A stretch of 64,000 nt of DNA from Candidatus Oxydemutatoraceae bacterium. GTDB lineage: Bacteria; Pseudomonadota; Gammaproteobacteria; Poriferisulfidales; Oxydemutatoraceae. Location of the stretch: assembly GCA_965220085.1 (NCBI GenBank), contig CBDCOZ010000003.1, forward strand, positions 1,600,001-1,664,000. The letters are read 5' to 3'. Position 1 is the first letter of the stretch; every line of letters starts with the position of its first letter. Positions 60,854 through 64,000 of this stretch are shown here, piece by piece. A program made the translations under genes and the position numbers. The notes under the pieces were generated by a model. That model worked only from the letters and a program-made list of their open reading frames with translations. It searched no databases and was not told the DNA's origin.

Positions 60854-61129
60854 TTATAAGTTGCTTACTTGCTTTTCAATCTTGCCCAGCCTTTTGTTGA
60901 TTGCACGAAATTGGGCGCTGTTGTTTTGCCGATTCGTTTTTATGCTCTTTTCAATGGACGCTTTGGCGGCGATAATTTCTCCCAAAAGAATCTCCTGCCC
61001 CTCCTTCAAAGGGGCGACCGCTTCCTCAATGACATCTCTAAAGGCATTAGCAAGATCATCCGCGCTTCCATTTGGTTTTTTCCGTTTCATGATTCCCTCC
61101 TTTTTTACAGTTGCCTTCGGATGCGGCAA
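60854..61129 (-). CDS. Small AT-rich hypothetical protein, helical/coiled-coil-like (likely start MKRKK at 61090)
   Basis: AAGGAGGG RBS upstream of the ATG at 61090; terminator downstream; amphipathic FRAINKRLGKIEKQVSNL. Confidence 0.6.
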   Translation of the reverse strand: MPHPKATVKKEGIMKRKKPNGSADDLANAFRDVIEEAVAPLKEGQEILLGEIIAAKASIEKSIKTNRQNNSAQFRAINKRLGKIEKQVSNL

Positions 61130-61427
61130 CGGATATAGTTGGAAATATGATAGCGCAGAAATAAAAAAAGCGTATGATGCATGACATAGCGGTTAAAGCG
61201 TTCATTTCGTGTTGAAGCCGGCAATCCGAATCCTTCCGGCATGATTCGCCTTCGCATAGGGCTTATGCCCTGACAGACGGTCGACCGCGTAGGCGTACTT
61301 CGGTCGCACTTGCCCCAGAGCCGATGAGACCGCCGGCTATGTCGCCGTCACAAAAGCGCCCAAGCAGATCCTCGGCAGCCGCCTCCGCCGAGCGGCCATT
61401 CGTTCGCCGAGCAAGAGCGGCGGGTGT

Positions 61428-62636
61428 TTACGATTTTCGGTTCTGCAAGCGCAGGCGCAGGGCGTTTAACTTGATGAAGCCTTCGGCATCGCGTTGATCA
61501 AAACTGCCGCCGTCATCCTCAAAACTGGCCATCTTCCGGTCAAACAGGCTGTTCGGCGAGCGCCGTCCGAGCGCCGTCACATTGCCTTTGTATAGACGCA
61601 GACGCACATCGCCGTTCACATCGCGCTGACTTTCGTCGATCATCCTCTGCATCATCGCGCGTTCCTGACTCCACCAATACCCGTTGTAGATCAGCGAAGC
61701 ATAACGCGGCATCAATTCATCTTTCAGGTGCGCCACTTCGCGATCCAGCGTCAGCGATTCAATCGCGCGGCGCGCTTTGAGCAATACGCTGCCGCCGGGG
61801 GTTTCATAGCAGCCGCGCGATTTGATCCCGATATACCGATTCTCCACGATATCAATCCGGCCGATGCCGTGCGCGCCCGCCAATTGATTGAGGCGGGACA
61901 ACAAAGCCGCCGGCGACAACATTTCGCCATCCAGCGCCACCGGGTCGCCGTGTTGAAAACCGATCTCAATATCAGCCGGCTGCGCGGGAGCCCGCTCCGG
62001 CGCGCAACTGCGTTGCCACATCGCATCGGCGGGGGCCTGCCACGGATCCTCCAACTCCTCGCCCTCATACGAACTGTGCAGCAGGTTGGCATCCGTTGAA
62101 TACGGCGATTTGCCGCTGCGGGATTCCACTTCGATGCCGTGCGCGGCGGCATAAGCCAGCAGGTCACTGCGCGAAACAAAATCCCATTCGCGCCACGGCG
62201 AAACGATCCGGATGTCGGGGTTGAGCGCATACGCGCCCAGTTCAAAACGTATCTGGTCGTTGCCTTTGCCGGTCGCGCCGTGTGCGATGGCATCGGCGCC
62301 GACTTCCCCGGCAATCTCTGTCAGGCGCTTGGCAATCAACGGGCGGGCGATAGAGGTGCCGAGCAGGTATTCGCCTTCGTAAATCGCATTGGCGCGAAAC
62401 ATGGGAAAGACAAAATCGCGCACGAAAGTCTCGCGCAGATCTTCGATATAGAAGTCGGCCGCGCCCAACGCTCTGGCTTTCGCCTCGACTTGGCCGAGGT
62501 CTTCGCCCTGCCCGATATCGGCGGTGAAGGTATAGACTTCGTAGCCGCGCTCCTTTTGCAACCATTTTAATATGACCGACGTATCCAGTCCGCCCGAATA
62601 AGCCAGTACCACTTTGGCAGCGCCGTTCATCATCAT
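61428..62636 (-). CDS. argG: Argininosuccinate synthase
   Basis: [46 protein letters not shown]. Confidence 0.98.
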   Translation of the reverse strand: MMMNGAAKVVLAYSGGLDTSVILKWLQKERGYEVYTFTADIGQGEDLGQVEAKARALGAADFYIEDLRETFVRDFVFPMFRANAIYEGEYLLGTSIARPLIAKRLTEIAGEVGADAIAHGATGKGNDQIRFELGAYALNPDIRIVSPWREWDFVSRSDLLAYAAAHGIEVESRSGKSPYSTDANLLHSSYEGEELEDPWQAPADAMWQRSCAPERAPAQPADIEIGFQHGDPVALDGEMLSPAALLSRLNQLAGAHGIGRIDIVENRYIGIKSRGCYETPGGSVLLKARRAIESLTLDREVAHLKDELMPRYASLIYNGYWWSQERAMMQRMIDESQRDVNGDVRLRLYKGNVTALGRRSPNSLFDRKMASFEDDGGSFDQRDAEGFIKLNALRLRLQNRKS

Positions 62637-62712
62637 TCCAGTCCTGTGAAATATAGTAGAATATGGCCATTATATTCGTATATGATATATTGATAACAAG
62701 CGCCTGATCGAC

Positions 62713-63768
62713 ATGCAAATATCCGACAAACAAATCAACATGATCAAGCCCGATGACTGGCATCTCCACGTAAGGGACGGCGATATATTGAGGCTGGTCG
62801 TGCCGTGGACAGCGCGCGCGTTTTGCCGCGCCATCATCATGCCCAATCTGAGCCCTCCGATTACCGATGTCGAGGCCTGCGGCGCATATCGCGAGCGGAT
62901 CAAAGCGGCGGCGCCGGCGGGGTTTGAGCCCTTGATGACGCTCTACCTGACCGAAACGATGCCGCCTGATACGATTCGCAAAGCAAAAAACAGCGGCTTC
63001 ATCTACGCTGTTAAAATGTACCCCAAAAACACGACTACGCATTCCGGTGTCGGAGTGCAAGACATCGAGCGCGTATTTCCGATACTCGAGGAGATGCAAA
63101 ACTGCGATATGCCGCTGTTGATACACGGCGAACACCCCGACAAAAGCATCGACATATTTGATCGCGAAAAAATATTTATAGACAAGATTCTGAGTTCCAT
63201 CCGCAAGCGCTTTGACACACTGCGGATTGTGTTGGAACATATCACAACCCGCGATGCGATTGATTACGTAAGCGACAGCGACGCCAAGACCGCCGCGACG
63301 ATCACGCCGCACCACCTGCTGTACTCGCGCAACGCCCTGTTTGACGGCGGCCTGCGACCGCACCACTATTGCTTGCCGTTGCCGCAACGCGAACACCACC
63401 GCGAAGCCTTGATACAAGCCGCTACCAGCGGCAAAGCCTGCTTCTTCGCCGGCACCGACAGCGCGCCGCATTACAAGCACGAGAAAGAGAGTTCCTGCGG
63501 ATGCGCGGGCGTGTTCAACGCGCCGGCGGCGCTCGCGGCATATGCTTCTGTCTTTGAGGCCGCGGACAAACTTGAGCGCCTGGAGGCGTTCGTGTCTTTG
63601 CACGGAGCGGCGTTCTACGGACTGGAGCCCAACACACAACGCATCACGCTGGCGCAAGAAGAGGAAGTCATCGCCGAAAGCATTGAAAGCAATGACGGAA
63701 CGCTGGTGCCTTTGTTTGCCGGAAAGGCGGTGAAATGGCGCATACACGACAACGGAGAGATAGCCTGA
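62713..63768 (+). CDS. pyrC: Dihydroorotase (type II)
   Basis: [37 protein letters not shown]. Confidence 0.98.
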   Translation: MQISDKQINMIKPDDWHLHVRDGDILRLVVPWTARAFCRAIIMPNLSPPITDVEACGAYRERIKAAAPAGFEPLMTLYLTETMPPDTIRKAKNSGFIYAVKMYPKNTTTHSGVGVQDIERVFPILEEMQNCDMPLLIHGEHPDKSIDIFDREKIFIDKILSSIRKRFDTLRIVLEHITTRDAIDYVSDSDAKTAATITPHHLLYSRNALFDGGLRPHHYCLPLPQREHHREALIQAATSGKACFFAGTDSAPHYKHEKESSCGCAGVFNAPAALAAYASVFEAADKLERLEAFVSLHGAAFYGLEPNTQRITLAQEEEVIAESIESNDGTLVPLFAGKAVKWRIHDNGEIA

Positions 63769-63797
63769 AAGGACCGAACGAAGAGCAGAAAGAATGG

Positions 63798-64000
63798 ATG
63801 CAAACGCGCTTTCGCAGCTTTATGCCGGTAGTCGTCGATGTGGAAACCGGCGGTTTCAACGCGAAAACAGATGCATTGCTTGAGATTGCGGCGGTGTTGA
63901 TCGGCGTCAGCGACGATATGCGGTTATACGCGGAGAAAGTATTGCACCATCACGTGGAGCCGTTTGAGAATGCCAACCTTGAGGAGGAATCTCTCAAGGT
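63798..64000 (+). CDS. rnt: Ribonuclease T, N-terminal part (truncated by the window; start uncertain)
   Basis: Manual translation [33 protein letters not shown]...[12 protein letters not shown]; pyrC-rnt order. Confidence 0.92.
   Translation, partial: MQTRFRSFMPVVVDVETGGFNAKTDALLEIAAVLIGVSDDMRLYAEKVLHHHVEPFENANLEEESLK

Overview
GC-rich gammaproteobacterial-type chromosomal window, mostly housekeeping: thrS-infC-rpmI-rplT-pheS-pheT, tRNA-Val and tRNA-Asn, uvrB, alaC-hom-thrC, surE-pcm-yqaA-nlpD, molybdenum cofactor genes, ilvN-ilvC-pssA, bepA, hflX, argJ, secA, a complete dcw cluster (mraZ to lpxC), argG, pyrC and rnt. The main non-housekeeping signal is a family of three secreted, modular Ig/cadherin-like proteins (18712-20354, 20914-22888, 58462-59694). 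They share a homologous AT-rich leader, a Sec signal peptide ending AQAQ and a near-invariant C-terminal tail RLRLR(V/L)FLEGPLR-stop. Two carry poly-C slippage tracts between the ATG and the signal peptide and are out of frame as sequenced, while the third has no tract and is in frame. The tandem pair is bracketed by ~77-bp imperfect inverted repeats. The third gene is followed by 16 tandem ~56-bp repeats that each copy its last codons and stop. Other oddities are a Zn-finger/LAGLIDADG-like/QueD fusion, a retropepsin-like SEC-C protein lacking its catalytic Asp, and two paralogous fucosyltransferase-like genes. All calls are from manual reading; no database searches were run.
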